Of a DNA stretch of 64,000 bases, positions 1 to 10,462 are shown one piece after another. The notes under the pieces are model-generated. The model had not been told where the DNA came from. It saw only the letters and a program-made list of their open reading frames with translations, and did no database searches. Position 1 is the first letter of the stretch; every line of letters starts with the position of its first letter. The stretch spans positions 708,801 through 772,800 of the forward strand of contig CAYGFH010000001.1 of the NCBI GenBank assembly GCA_964349125.1, in the 5' to 3' direction. Made by a program: the position numbers and the translations under genes. Source of the stretch: an uncultured Gammaproteobacteria bacterium. Its GTDB lineage: Bacteria > Patescibacteriota > Microgenomatia > UBA10105 > UBA927.

Positions 1-1027
1 CATCCAATAAACTAAGTATGTCGGATTGTAAATTTCGATTTTGTATCAACAGTCTGTTTGACTCAACCACTTTCAATAGTGTTGTTGTCTCATTGTCCGT
101 ACTATATAACCATTTACGCTTTCCATTGTCTGTATTGATACATTCCACGGCGCCATCCCAATGTGTGATAAATATACATTTGTTACTAGTCAGAATAGAA
201 TTTGATTGGGTTTCAGTGGAAAATACGATCTCCCCAGATTTTTTATCAACAAGATTAAATGTATTGTGAGGATCAGTAAACGAAATGGTTTTCTCAAAAA
301 CAGTCGGTTTTTGAAATATAAATTCCTGTGTGTTTATTTCCCATAGCACATGTCCATTTAGCTTATCTAACGCATAAATCTTTTTTTTTGGTGCACTGTT
401 TATATATACAATCTTCGTATCAACAGTAAATCGTCCAAAGTGAAATATCGTTGTTAGCGGAGTATGTGAGGAAATATCCTGTGCTCCAGGACTGAAAGTC
501 CACAGAATCGAACCTGTATCAGAATTAATCGCATAAAAAGAGCCGTCTCTGCTTCCCGCAAATACTTTGCCATCGGAATATACCGGTTCGGTATCCAATC
601 TGAAATTATCTGTTAATGACAGTCTCCATTTTTCGGAGCCTGTCTTCGTATCAATTGCATAAATTCTGCCGTCAAAATTAGATATAAACATACTTCCCTT
701 GGTATCAAAGGCAGCGGGATAAATTGAATAATCAAAAGCACTGTGTCTCCAGTTTAAAGATCCGTTTACAGCATTGAGGCTATATGTGTCCCCGTTTATG
801 GTTCCGAAATATACACCATTCTCATGGATAGTAAAGCTGTTATAGATGCCGGGATCAGCCTTTAGTTGAGAAATTTCCTTGTGCGAGTTATACGTCCAGG
901 CATATTCATGTCTCGCTGAATATATAAGGTAATATGATATATAACATACAACACTCAAAAAAAGTAAACTGAATATCCCTCTTCGAATATGTATATTTGT
1001 GGATGGCAGGAAGAATACAGATTTCAT
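1..1027 (-). CDS. PQQ-like beta-propeller repeat protein with N-terminal signal/anchor; start codon at 1027, C-terminus runs off the window edge
   Basis: Manual minus-strand translation from ATG(1027): MKSVFFLPSTNIHIRRGIFSLLFLSVVCYISYYLIYS... followed by repeated W/G-rich blades (GDTYSLNAVNGSLNWRH, GRIYAIDTKTGSEKWRL, GSFYAINSDTGSILWTF, KIYALDKLNGHVLWEI). No stop before position 1. Absent from the ORF track because it is edge-truncated. Confidence 0.6.
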   Translation of the reverse strand, partial: MKSVFFLPSTNIHIRRGIFSLLFLSVVCYISYYLIYSARHEYAWTYNSHKEISQLKADPGIYNSFTIHENGVYFGTINGDTYSLNAVNGSLNWRHSAFDYSIYPAAFDTKGSMFISNFDGRIYAIDTKTGSEKWRLSLTDNFRLDTEPVYSDGKVFAGSRDGSFYAINSDTGSILWTFSPGAQDISSHTPLTTIFHFGRFTVDTKIVYINSAPKKKIYALDKLNGHVLWEINTQEFIFQKPTVFEKTISFTDPHNTFNLVDKKSGEIVFSTETQSNSILTSNKCIFITHWDGAVECINTDNGKRKWLYSTDNETTTLLKVVESNRLLIQNRNLQSDILSLLD

Positions 1028-1051
1028 AACTCACAGATACCACAATGCAAT

Positions 1052-1927
1052 TTATTGAATAATCTCTGTTATCACAGGATACAAGACGATTTGATCAAAA
1101 AAGATCGGGATTGACCAGCCTATGAGAACAGGCTTATCTTCCAGAAACATATAGTTCATATCTAGCTTCGTTACGGTCAATTGTATAGTCATGTATACAT
1201 CCTTCTTTATAGGGTCCTCTGCTACTGCAACGCTTCCATCTGCCATCGGGACAACCCGTTGTGCCGGTTCTATGGAGGCGTCAAGTATTTTGGCTATGGG
1301 TTTTCCTGCAGCGTCATACATCACCAGTTTATTTGTTATTGCGTTGGCTATCCACGGCTCAACACCACGGGTATATAACGAATACGGAGAAGTTGAATCG
1401 ACAAGTCTGGCTTTGACGGTTACCGTGTATGTCGGCCTGGTGTCGGTATATCCTTCAATCCCAGATACGACACCATGTATACTCGATCCATTTATCGTTA
1501 TATCGATTGTTCTGCCAATTTCCAGCGGTTGGTATAAGTAGGTATATTTTTTTTGCTTAGGTTTGTATTTCGCTTTTACCGATGCAGTTACCCAAATTTC
1601 TTTACTTTGATACCCCCATTTCTTGATGCTGAGAATTTTCAAATTTTCCTTCCCAACATTATCATATTGGTAATCTCCTGGCCTGATTCTATCTGCTAAC
1701 CAATATGGAGCGTCACCGTCACCATTATGAGGGAAATATGCTGGTGAGGGTATGACTTTAAATTCTATAGTAATCCACTGTTCTCGCGAGATAGATGATG
1801 CAACTAAAAAAACTATAACTCCCGCGGAAATCGTAATGATAATCCAATCAAGCGGCATTAGGCGTGTAAATGTTAATTTGAGGAACCTAAATGCACTGCT
1901 CATTATCAGTGTATTATATAGTGGCAC
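1052..1927 (-). CDS. hypothetical membrane-anchored protein (N-terminal TM, soluble beta-rich domain)
   Basis: 291-aa ORF with a hydrophobic N-terminal segment (LDWIIITISAGVIVFLVASSI) and no recognised catalytic motif. Sits 20 nt upstream of the preceding gene and 22 nt downstream of the next. Confidence 0.5.
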   Translation of the reverse strand: MPLYNTLIMSSAFRFLKLTFTRLMPLDWIIITISAGVIVFLVASSISREQWITIEFKVIPSPAYFPHNGDGDAPYWLADRIRPGDYQYDNVGKENLKILSIKKWGYQSKEIWVTASVKAKYKPKQKKYTYLYQPLEIGRTIDITINGSSIHGVVSGIEGYTDTRPTYTVTVKARLVDSTSPYSLYTRGVEPWIANAITNKLVMYDAAGKPIAKILDASIEPAQRVVPMADGSVAVAEDPIKKDVYMTIQLTVTKLDMNYMFLEDKPVLIGWSIPIFFDQIVLYPVITEIIQ

Positions 1928-1949
1928 ATCCTACGACTCAAGCCTATAT

Positions 1950-3413
1950 TTATATAATAATCGTAAGGAGTATCCAGAACCAACCGAATAGCTGCTGCTC
2001 TGTGAGTATCGGATAAAACATCGAGAGCAAAAGAAAAACCAAGAACATCGAGCGGTAAATATATTGATATATATCAATGCCCGACACTCTAGACGTATAT
2101 ATGGTTGCAAGTGCACTGCGCAATTTTATGTATAAAAATGTCATAAAACTTATTCCACCCAAATAGCCAAATGCAGAGAATATCTGAGCGAATAAATTGT
2201 GTGGTTGTGTAGGAAAAGAGGTGAACCCCCCAATATCTTGCAGTAAAATCTTCGGAAACATTCCGAGACCCACGCCAAAAGGGTGCTGTAATAATATGCG
2301 AATTGAATATCCAATCAGTTCCCATCTAAATATAGCCCCACCACTTGAATTGAATGTTATAGCAAGTTGAGAGAGTCGCGGTATTATAATAAATGGAAAC
2401 ACCAACGAACATAACAGCGCGAATCCAAGATAGAACCGCCGAATAATAAGCGTAACGTGCAGAGATTTTCGGATGTCTGATCGTCCAAAGACTATAATTA
2501 GAGAGATTGCTGCAACTATCCAAGAAGCTCTGCTTGCAGATAATCCCAAGCCGATTATACCGGCCACAACACCCACAGCAGAGGTATACTGCATAAATAT
2601 ACTTGAGCGCTTTGAAAGTGATGCGTACAATAAAAGAGGTAATGTAAAAGCCATAAAATACCCCAAAAAATTCGGATGACTAAACGTCCCTTGCATGCGC
2701 GCAAAAGAAATATCTTCACTGGCGACATGAGTTATGGTTGCGGAAAGGGATGGGTCTATGCTGTTTTCTGCCCAAGTTCCCAGAGTCCCTTTATTCAGAT
2801 ATTGTAACGCACTCCAAAAACCTTCATAAAGTACTAACGATGATAGGATAGGCAATAAAAACTCACGTACAGTTGATTGCAGCCGACACTGAATAATATA
2901 GTAATATACCAAAATATATCCCCATATCTGGATAGCAAGGATAAATGATAATACAGGCATTTCTGAAATATATGAAGAAAATATCCCAGACACAAAAAAT
3001 ATTCCTAATAGCACGTCAGTTGTTCCAAATGTCGTATGAAGCTCACTCAGTCTAGCTTGTGAAACGTGACGTATTCTACCGTAATACAACAAAGCTGCAA
3101 TGAGAAATGACATTGTAATTGTGGGAGTCATGATGAACGGTACATCACCATATACATATTCTGATGGCACGACTAAAAATTCCATTCCCTTACCGTTTTG
3201 GAACGGAAGCATCAACATGTATGCATAGAGACATGTTCGTGTCAAATTTTTGAAGACGAGGTATAAGCAGATAAGTAATATACTTGTTATTAACAGGAGG
3301 ATCTTATTATTCGGAACAATGAAAAATATGCTCAAAAAAACGAGGGAAATGCTGTATAGTTTTTTTTCAATTGTCCAATCTTTAATTCGACTCCCGATTC
3401 TAAGATTCAACAT
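1950..3413 (-). CDS. O-antigen ligase/polymerase (Wzy_C) family polytopic membrane protein
   Basis: 487 aa with more than 10 predicted TM helices. Wzy_C-like loop GVGLGMFPKILLQDIGGFTSFPTQPHNLFAQIFSAFGYLGG. Confidence 0.75.
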   Translation of the reverse strand: MLNLRIGSRIKDWTIEKKLYSISLVFLSIFFIVPNNKILLLITSILLICLYLVFKNLTRTCLYAYMLMLPFQNGKGMEFLVVPSEYVYGDVPFIMTPTITMSFLIAALLYYGRIRHVSQARLSELHTTFGTTDVLLGIFFVSGIFSSYISEMPVLSFILAIQIWGYILVYYYIIQCRLQSTVREFLLPILSSLVLYEGFWSALQYLNKGTLGTWAENSIDPSLSATITHVASEDISFARMQGTFSHPNFLGYFMAFTLPLLLYASLSKRSSIFMQYTSAVGVVAGIIGLGLSASRASWIVAAISLIIVFGRSDIRKSLHVTLIIRRFYLGFALLCSLVFPFIIIPRLSQLAITFNSSGGAIFRWELIGYSIRILLQHPFGVGLGMFPKILLQDIGGFTSFPTQPHNLFAQIFSAFGYLGGISFMTFLYIKLRSALATIYTSRVSGIDIYQYIYRSMFLVFLLLSMFYPILTEQQLFGWFWILLTIII

Positions 3414-3430
3414 ATATAATCAATTCAGGT

Positions 3431-4582
3431 ATGAAAAATTCACTCATAATTATACTGTACGACCATCCCTTTAACCACACGGCGGATTATTGCACGCAAA
3501 CGAGTAAATATCTACACGATGAGTACTTTGTTCTTGATGTACTGCTTAAAGATGCCTTTACAATTAAGGAGTATTTTACAAAACAACGAAGCAACACGCC
3601 TATTATTCGTTATGAGTATCGAAAAATTATTATCACGCCAATCCTGCTAGTGCCATTTAAACGATTCAAGATCGTGCAAAAAATTAATCAGTACATTGTC
3701 TCCTTCTCCATCCATATTCTTGTTGAAATCATTAGACTTCTCTTTAAACTTGATAAGGCAATCCTCTGGTCATTTAACCCGTTAGAATACGTAGGATTTT
3801 CGCAAAGATGGGACAGAAGTGTCAAAATCTGTGATTGTGTTGATTTTCATGAAGAAATGCAACACGCTTCTTCTCAATACTCTATCGCCCTCAAGGCATA
3901 TGATTATGTGACAGCTAACTCCACATCGTTATACCGTCTATTAAAAAATTACCGATACGATATTATAAAAGTGCCAATCGGGTTTGATTTGGATACACTT
4001 GAAAATTCACAAGTACACCCTATTGTGGTTCCCTGGAAAAGTAAATATTCTATAGGATATATTGGAGGCATTAACTCTCGTATTGATTTTCGTTTATTAC
4101 GATCAGTTGTGCGTATGAATCCCTCCGTTGATTTTGTATTTATCGGACAAATTCAACAACGTGAATCGTGTGACGTATTTAATGATAGTGTTATGAATCA
4201 GATACAATCGCTCTTTGCAATGAAAAATGTGTATCACATTCCCCTAATTCCGCGAGAAGATATTGGATCCTTCGTAATCCGATTTACCGCCTGCATGATT
4301 CCGTATGATGCCAAACTGCTCTTCAATAAATATAGTTTTCCTATGAAGCTTTTTGAATATATATATTTTCATAAACCAATTCTATCGACCCCAATAGATG
4401 AATTAGCGTACTACGATGATTTTGTTCATATTGGGGCAACTGCATCCGAATGGAATGATCAGGTAAAAAAAATATTAAAGGCCAAGTCTCCTCAGTATAG
4501 TATGTACACAGCCGCTCAAATATTAAAAGAAAGTACGTGGAAAGAAAAAATAGATAGTATATTGGTATATTCCGGTATATAG
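3431..4582 (+). CDS. glycosyltransferase, GT1/GT4-like (C-terminal GT-B domain)
   Basis: C-terminal region has the EX7E-type motif (FPMKLFEYIYFHKPILSTP) and the nucleotide-sugar binding fold signature (IGYIGGINSRIDFRLL). The N-terminal half is divergent. Confidence 0.55.
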   Translation: MKNSLIIILYDHPFNHTADYCTQTSKYLHDEYFVLDVLLKDAFTIKEYFTKQRSNTPIIRYEYRKIIITPILLVPFKRFKIVQKINQYIVSFSIHILVEIIRLLFKLDKAILWSFNPLEYVGFSQRWDRSVKICDCVDFHEEMQHASSQYSIALKAYDYVTANSTSLYRLLKNYRYDIIKVPIGFDLDTLENSQVHPIVVPWKSKYSIGYIGGINSRIDFRLLRSVVRMNPSVDFVFIGQIQQRESCDVFNDSVMNQIQSLFAMKNVYHIPLIPREDIGSFVIRFTACMIPYDAKLLFNKYSFPMKLFEYIYFHKPILSTPIDELAYYDDFVHIGATASEWNDQVKKILKAKSPQYSMYTAAQILKESTWKEKIDSILVYSGI

Positions 4583-4623
4583 ATTAGCAATATACACAAT
4601 TCACGCGCGTATTTTGATGCGAA

Positions 4624-5583
4624 TCAGACGCCTCTATTGGAGAACATAGATGCTGCGATGGCAACGCAAATACCGCGAACTTTATATATATTCTTGATCA
4701 CACAATATTTCCATATACTTCGTAGTTGCCCAACGCCATGATGGTAATAAAATGCTTTACAATATTTCTTACAATCAGAATAGCTATCGCGAATGTTGCG
4801 CAGGACCAATTCACGTGGGAATGTGTGCCCTAATCTCTGGTAATACACATAGCATGCAAGTTCACCACACGTATACGACAAGCCTTGAATATACAATTCA
4901 TGAGCATTTAGCCATTTATTGTGGCTCACAAGCATCCGTGGACAGTAGAGTATCTGATAATTACGTGTGAGCATTCGTAAGATCATATCTGCATCTTCTG
5001 CGTTGCTCCCGATTGATCCTGGTCCTAGCCATTCACTAAATTTTCCCACCTTCTGAAGAACAGTGGCTCGTATGGCCATATTGTTGCCGAACCCAACCTG
5101 TTCATAGTGAATGCATGGTTGGGTTATTACAGACATCTTTTTTTTCAAAAAAACGCTTGGGCACGTTTCATGTACATGTTTATTGGGTTCGAAAGGAACT
5201 GTCTTTCCAAATATTGCTGAAATGTTCTCATGTGTGCTAAACGTATTTTTTATGGTATGAATCCATGTATTTGAAGCAATACAATCATCGTCGGTAAATG
5301 CGAGAATACTGCCTCTTGCGCTAGAAATACCTATGTTAAGCGCTTTGGATTTACCTTTTTTTGAGTTGTGAATATATCTATATGAAGGCAAATGATATAA
5401 GACTGCCTTATCTATTTCAAAATGTGCACCTTGGTTAATAACTACTATCTCGAAATCTTTTTCGGATTGATGAGTAAAAGAGGACAAACAACGGTTGAGC
5501 TTTTCGGGTCGATCTTTTGTCGCAATGATGACGGATATCATAATGAAATCAGTAAAGTGGTATATATAGTACCATATTGTCAC
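4624..5583 (-). CDS. glycosyltransferase family 2
   Basis: MISVIIATKDRPEKLNRCLSSF...ILAFTDDDCIA are classic GT2 DXD-region motifs. The true start is probably the internal Met at 5541 (MISVIIATKD). Confidence 0.8.
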   Translation of the reverse strand: MTIWYYIYHFTDFIMISVIIATKDRPEKLNRCLSSFTHQSEKDFEIVVINQGAHFEIDKAVLYHLPSYRYIHNSKKGKSKALNIGISSARGSILAFTDDDCIASNTWIHTIKNTFSTHENISAIFGKTVPFEPNKHVHETCPSVFLKKKMSVITQPCIHYEQVGFGNNMAIRATVLQKVGKFSEWLGPGSIGSNAEDADMILRMLTRNYQILYCPRMLVSHNKWLNAHELYIQGLSYTCGELACYVYYQRLGHTFPRELVLRNIRDSYSDCKKYCKAFYYHHGVGQLRSIWKYCVIKNIYKVRGICVAIAASMFSNRGV

Positions 5584-5712
5584 TCGTGAGCTGACTCTCT
5601 ATACGCCGTATATAAGTAAATAGTGTGTGACACATCTTGCTCAAACCAGAATCAAACAATGATATTGGTGTGACGAATAAAGAGAAATACAGGTATAATA
5701 ACGCACACACGA

Positions 5713-6915
5713 TTGAGTATGAGAATATTATATATAGTTCCTGAGGAATTTAATGGGAAAAGGTGGGGAGGTGTAACTAGTTATACCGTGGAATACGCAG
5801 CCCGCTTGATACAGATTGGCCACGCCGTAACTATTCTTACACCAGGGAAACAGATGTCACAGCATACGTATCGCCGTATCACCATTGTTAGGATACCCCC
5901 AGATGCAACACGATTCAGAGAGCGAATAGTGCTTAAAATATTACAATATATCTCTCAATCTCTCTATTCGAGGATTGCCTGGTCATTTGCGGTAAGATCA
6001 TACGTAAATAACTCAAAGTTCGATATTGTTGAGTCTCCAGAGTGGGGATCAAGCACGCTTCTCTTAAGGAGCACGCCTCACACAAACGTTATCGTACGAA
6101 TGCACAGATCTTGGTTACAGTACAAACAAGATAATAAACTCCCGATTGTGCTTACTGACTATTTGATTAATATATTTGAGTGTCTGTGTATACTCAAGTC
6201 ATCTGCGGTAACCTCCCCCACTATATACATGCTCAAACAACATTCTCTATTGGTATATATGGTACAGCGTTTGGGAAAGAGAGTTCGTGTTATTCGAAAT
6301 GCAGTACCTCCGTATAAATCAATTGGCGGTCTTTGCACCGTCAAAGGAAAATATATTCTTACAGTAGGAAGGATAGAAATTGGTAAAGGGAGCGTTCTCT
6401 TAGCTGAGGCGTTTCTATCAATCGCTCATCGTATTCCACGGATATGTTTAGTGTATATAGGGGAAGATACAGAAATGTATATTGCTGGCAAACAGCAAAG
6501 CTGTGAATCATATATTCGTGGTTTATTTAAACTTCATAATCGAGTAGATCAGCTTGTAATCCTACCGAGAATGAAGCGTGAGAATCTGTATGGGTATTAT
6601 AAAAAATGTATGGTGTATGTCGCTCCTTCACGAGGGAACGAGAATCCATCAATGTCATTACTGGAAGCTATCTCAGCTGGCGCTTGTGTGGTGGCAAGCA
6701 CGGCTGGAGGAATTCCTGAAACAGTGGCTACTTTAAAAAATATTCAACTGGTTCCAGAAGACAACGTAGAAGCATTATCGAAATCTATATTGTCTGCGAC
6801 AGCAGTTAAGAAGAATACAAAAAGAACGCTATCGGAAAGCATATCATTTGATTCTCAAATTGAAAAAACTGAACGCTTGTATCTCGAGGTGCATCAACGC
6901 GCTCTTTCTCGATAG
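5713..6915 (+). CDS. glycosyltransferase family 4 (GT-B, retaining)
   Basis: C-terminal motif EAISAGACVVASTAGGIPETV and the N-terminal YIVPEEFNGKRWGGVTSY. Confidence 0.8.
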   Translation: MSMRILYIVPEEFNGKRWGGVTSYTVEYAARLIQIGHAVTILTPGKQMSQHTYRRITIVRIPPDATRFRERIVLKILQYISQSLYSRIAWSFAVRSYVNNSKFDIVESPEWGSSTLLLRSTPHTNVIVRMHRSWLQYKQDNKLPIVLTDYLINIFECLCILKSSAVTSPTIYMLKQHSLLVYMVQRLGKRVRVIRNAVPPYKSIGGLCTVKGKYILTVGRIEIGKGSVLLAEAFLSIAHRIPRICLVYIGEDTEMYIAGKQQSCESYIRGLFKLHNRVDQLVILPRMKRENLYGYYKKCMVYVAPSRGNENPSMSLLEAISAGACVVASTAGGIPETVATLKNIQLVPEDNVEALSKSILSATAVKKNTKRTLSESISFDSQIEKTERLYLEVHQRALSR

Positions 6916-6958
6916 TGATTCATGAGAGATATACTTGTACTATTTTCTACCACAGCTG

Positions 6959-7918
6959 TTAGCGAACGAGCGCGCAGCAGTAACTCCACAGTGTGTTGCA
7001 TTCTGGTAAATCCCAAAATTTATTTCCAGTCACACCAAACGAATGTATGATCCGAGCCCGTTTAGGTAACCCCCACCACATCCAATTACTCCCCCACTCT
7101 TTCTCAGCAAGACCGGAATACTGCAAGACTTTTTTAGCGAATGGATATGATCCAGAATATATGATAATGCCGTCATCTGATACCTGGCGTATGTCGCTGT
7201 ACTTTGCGAGGACATTATATTCATGCCCGATACGCTGGTGTGTAAAATCATAGTGTATATACTGAAAGTACGAATTGATGAGGCCTTGTTGTCCAGCCTG
7301 AATTTTTACTGTACTTCCATCCCTGTAATATTGAGATACCAGTTTTTTTGTCGTGATGAAATTAGATCGGCTTGAATAGCTATAGACTCCGGCATTTAAT
7401 AATGGGACTCCCTTTTCCTGAAGTAACTCAGGGATTGCGATGTATGGTTTATCGTCAATTATATTCCACCAATCATCAAGTGTATCCACAATCAATGCGT
7501 CGGCATCAAGATAAATATACTTGTGTATGCCTAGCACTCGAGTTCTATCCCAGAGTGCGAGTTGTAAATCTTGTGTAGGTAAGTGTATGCAGCCATTTCT
7601 TATCTTCCGTATCTCACTTGAGATGGGTAAGGTTTCAAAATAAATGTTTGTATATCGTCGTGCAAACGATCTAATAGATGATATATCATGCTGTGAGAAT
7701 ATTGTTATATTGGCATTCTCATGTTGTCGCTTCGCAAGAGCAATCCAAGACTTGCATAACACTAATGATTCCCGATCAGAATAATCCATCAACGTAACAA
7801 GGTGCATAGCTATGTATCCTGTTCCATACGAGTACCAATCAGTAGTCTTTGCTGTCAGCAACGCGAGCAATAATTCTATTGTGAATGCTGATTTCTTACA
7901 GATCTGTTTCGAAATCAC
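6959..7918 (-). CDS. glycosyltransferase family 8 (LPS glycosyltransferase/glycogenin-like)
   Basis: YIYLDADALIVDTLDDWWN (DXD) and NAGVYSY motifs typical of GT8. Confidence 0.75.
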   Translation of the reverse strand: MISKQICKKSAFTIELLLALLTAKTTDWYSYGTGYIAMHLVTLMDYSDRESLVLCKSWIALAKRQHENANITIFSQHDISSIRSFARRYTNIYFETLPISSEIRKIRNGCIHLPTQDLQLALWDRTRVLGIHKYIYLDADALIVDTLDDWWNIIDDKPYIAIPELLQEKGVPLLNAGVYSYSSRSNFITTKKLVSQYYRDGSTVKIQAGQQGLINSYFQYIHYDFTHQRIGHEYNVLAKYSDIRQVSDDGIIIYSGSYPFAKKVLQYSGLAEKEWGSNWMWWGLPKRARIIHSFGVTGNKFWDLPECNTLWSYCCALVR

Positions 7919-8078
7919 GAATATATGTGCATAGTATACTACTATATAATGTGATTGTTATCATTCGTATATATGCTCAACATGTGTTGAGCGAAATATA
8001 TTATGCGTGTATGATTCAGTTTATCAGCTTGCTTTTAAGACTGTCTAATCTGTGAGGCAAATGGTATAGTTATGGTGG

Positions 8079-8107
8079 TTGAAAACTCACATATTGAAGT
8101 ATATAAT
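8079..8107 (+). promoter_or_regulatory. sigma70-like promoter (TTGAAA-17-TATAAT) upstream of the DegT gene
   Basis: Hexamers read directly in the sequence, with a 17-nt spacer and the ATG 13 nt downstream of the -10. Confidence 0.35.
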
Positions 8108-8119
8108 GCGTGAATTGCT

Positions 8120-9409
8120 ATGAATAAATATAAAAATATTGTAAAAAAGATTCTCAAAAATACTCCGCTCTTTGGTGTTGCCCGAGGTGCGTACAGATTG
8201 GTCAAAAACACTCTTGCTCGCGAAACGGATACAGGCTTTCCTACGATGCCCTATAGATTTACTCATGAAGATGCGCTTCGAGTCTACGAAATCGTATTGA
8301 GCGGAAGATTGCAGCATGGAGTTGGGAAAGAGGTATTTGCCCTGGAGAAGGAATTTGCTGAATACCATAACGTAAAATATGCGCTAGCTACAAATGCGGG
8401 TACATCTGCACTGGAGCTAGCTGTAAAAGCAATAGGGATTCGCCCTGGCGATGAAGTAATTGTGCCGGCATATACATTCGTTGCCACCGCACAGGCAGTT
8501 ATCAGACATGGAGGTATTCCAGTTTTTGCTGATATAGACGATACGTATACGTTGTCTCCAAAATCTTTCGAAGCAAAAATTACAAAGAGAACGAAGGCAG
8601 TAATTCCTGTACATATTTTTGGTAATGCTGCGGATATGGATAGTATTATGAGAATAGCTAGAAAACATAACTTGTTGGTAATCGAAGATGCCTGTCAGGG
8701 GCTAGGAGCAACATACAAAGGAAAAAAAGTAGGAAGTATTGGAGATATTGGCTGTTTCTCATTTAACGAAATGAAATCAATATACACAGGACAGGGAGGG
8801 ATGTTGATCACAAATAAGAAAAAATATTGGGACGTGTCGAGCATGACGAGAAACACTGGGCAAATTAAGGAAGATCTTGGTAGTGATATCGTCACAACGG
8901 GAAATACATTCGCTCTAACTGAAATGCAAGCTTCCCTTGCTCGATCAATACTTCCTCAACTCGATAGCCTTATTGCAATGAGAAAAAAGAACTACGAACT
9001 ATTTGTTGATATGATTGACGGTCGCTTGAAGCATGTTCGATGGTATAGAATCCTACCCGATGCAACACCTTCGTATTGTCGATTAATTTTTATGATAGAT
9101 TTTGAGGCGATTGGAGTTTCCAGACAATCCTTTATCAAAGCAGCTCACTCAATGGGAATTCCTATGAAGGAAATATATCCAAAGCCACTATATACCTATT
9201 CTCTTTTTCAGAAGAGACGGGATATTATGACCGGCAGTACATACCCATTTGATCAAAATACGCACGTGCGGTATACAGGATTGAAATTACCATTTGCAGA
9301 ATTATTTAGTAAACAACAAGTTGGCATAGAATTTAGTCCCTATATTACCACTGAGCATATTCAAAACCTCTGTACTGTCCTTCAAACCCTAACGTTAAAG
9401 CGTTTATGA
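8120..9409 (+). CDS. DegT/DnrJ/EryC1/StrS-family PLP-dependent sugar aminotransferase
   Basis: AYTFVATAQAVIRHGGIPVFADID and EDACQGLGATYKGKKVGSIGDIGCFSF. The Lys in FNEMKSIYTGQGG is the candidate PLP-Lys. Confidence 0.85.
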   Translation: MNKYKNIVKKILKNTPLFGVARGAYRLVKNTLARETDTGFPTMPYRFTHEDALRVYEIVLSGRLQHGVGKEVFALEKEFAEYHNVKYALATNAGTSALELAVKAIGIRPGDEVIVPAYTFVATAQAVIRHGGIPVFADIDDTYTLSPKSFEAKITKRTKAVIPVHIFGNAADMDSIMRIARKHNLLVIEDACQGLGATYKGKKVGSIGDIGCFSFNEMKSIYTGQGGMLITNKKKYWDVSSMTRNTGQIKEDLGSDIVTTGNTFALTEMQASLARSILPQLDSLIAMRKKNYELFVDMIDGRLKHVRWYRILPDATPSYCRLIFMIDFEAIGVSRQSFIKAAHSMGIPMKEIYPKPLYTYSLFQKRRDIMTGSTYPFDQNTHVRYTGLKLPFAELFSKQQVGIEFSPYITTEHIQNLCTVLQTLTLKRL

Positions 9410-10461
9410 CACACGGGAGACTGGATACAGCAGCGCGCAAGCGACCTCTGAAAATTGGTTTAATTGGACTCGGTCTTATCAGTCATTGGCACATAGAAGC
9501 GATCAAACTGAAAAAGAACATTATTATCTCCGCATTATCCGATGTGAATCATGTCATTTTAGCGAAAAAAGGACAGGAATTAGGCGTTAAGGCTTTGTAT
9601 TCTGATTATCGTGATATGCTGAAAAATGCTGATGTGGATATGGTTGATATTATGACCCCACATAGTCATCACGCTCAGTGTATATCAGACGTTTTGGCAT
9701 CTCAACGCATGGTTATTTGTGAGAAGCCATTGGTAACAACAATAGAAGATTTAAATGTTGTCGAAAAGCTCTCAAAAAAAATGAATATCCCCATATACGT
9801 TAAACATTATATGAGGTATTCCCGGGCATATATGTTTGCGCAAGAGCTTCTCCTCAAAGAGTCAATCGGCAAACCATATTATGTACAATGCACGTTCACG
9901 ACAAATTCAACGCGTGACTACGCAAATCCACACACATGGAAAGGAAATCTATTGGAGGGTGGTGGAGGTGTTTTTATTGATGTAGGTGCACATATTCTTG
10001 ACCTCCTGATTCTGTTGTTCGGACATCCAATTTCCACATACGGACAGAGGGATAAAATTCTAACAAAATTATCCACTAAGGGAGAGGATTTTCTGACAGC
10101 AATCGTCGAATTCCCAAAAAAAATAGCAGCCAACATTGTATGTACGGAAAATGATGCCGCGTATGGGTTTAGATGGGAAGTACGCATATATGGCACAAAA
10201 GGCGCAATCGTGATAATCGATCAGGGAAAAGAAAAAAAAGTGTTACAGCATATACAGGATAATCAGATTCTCCATGAATACGTTGAAGATAACTGGTGGG
10301 AACAATCAAATATACACGCAGTTGAGGATATTTTGGATAGAATTCAAAATGGACAAGCTCCAAAAGTGCCTATGGAAGATATCAGAAGTGCTATCGAAAC
10401 AATAGTCGCCACATATGAATCATCTTCAAGCGGGAAAAAAGTGCTATTGGCCACCCCATGA
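9406..10461 (+). CDS. Gfo/Idh/MocA-family NAD(P)-dependent sugar oxidoreductase
   Basis: N-terminal Rossmann motif LKIGLIGLGLISHWH. The EKP motif (ICEKPL) is present. Overlaps the upstream stop by 4 nt, indicating translational coupling. Confidence 0.85.
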   Translation: MTHGRLDTAARKRPLKIGLIGLGLISHWHIEAIKLKKNIIISALSDVNHVILAKKGQELGVKALYSDYRDMLKNADVDMVDIMTPHSHHAQCISDVLASQRMVICEKPLVTTIEDLNVVEKLSKKMNIPIYVKHYMRYSRAYMFAQELLLKESIGKPYYVQCTFTTNSTRDYANPHTWKGNLLEGGGGVFIDVGAHILDLLILLFGHPISTYGQRDKILTKLSTKGEDFLTAIVEFPKKIAANIVCTENDAAYGFRWEVRIYGTKGAIVIIDQGKEKKVLQHIQDNQILHEYVEDNWWEQSNIHAVEDILDRIQNGQAPKVPMEDIRSAIETIVATYESSSSGKKVLLATP

Positions 10462-10462
10462 T

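Noticed and set aside
8087-8895. Minus-strand ORFs 8087-8368, 8284-8487, 8417-8668 and 8695-8895 overlapping the DegT gene
   Set aside because: Antisense to a strongly supported DegT aminotransferase frame. No motifs.
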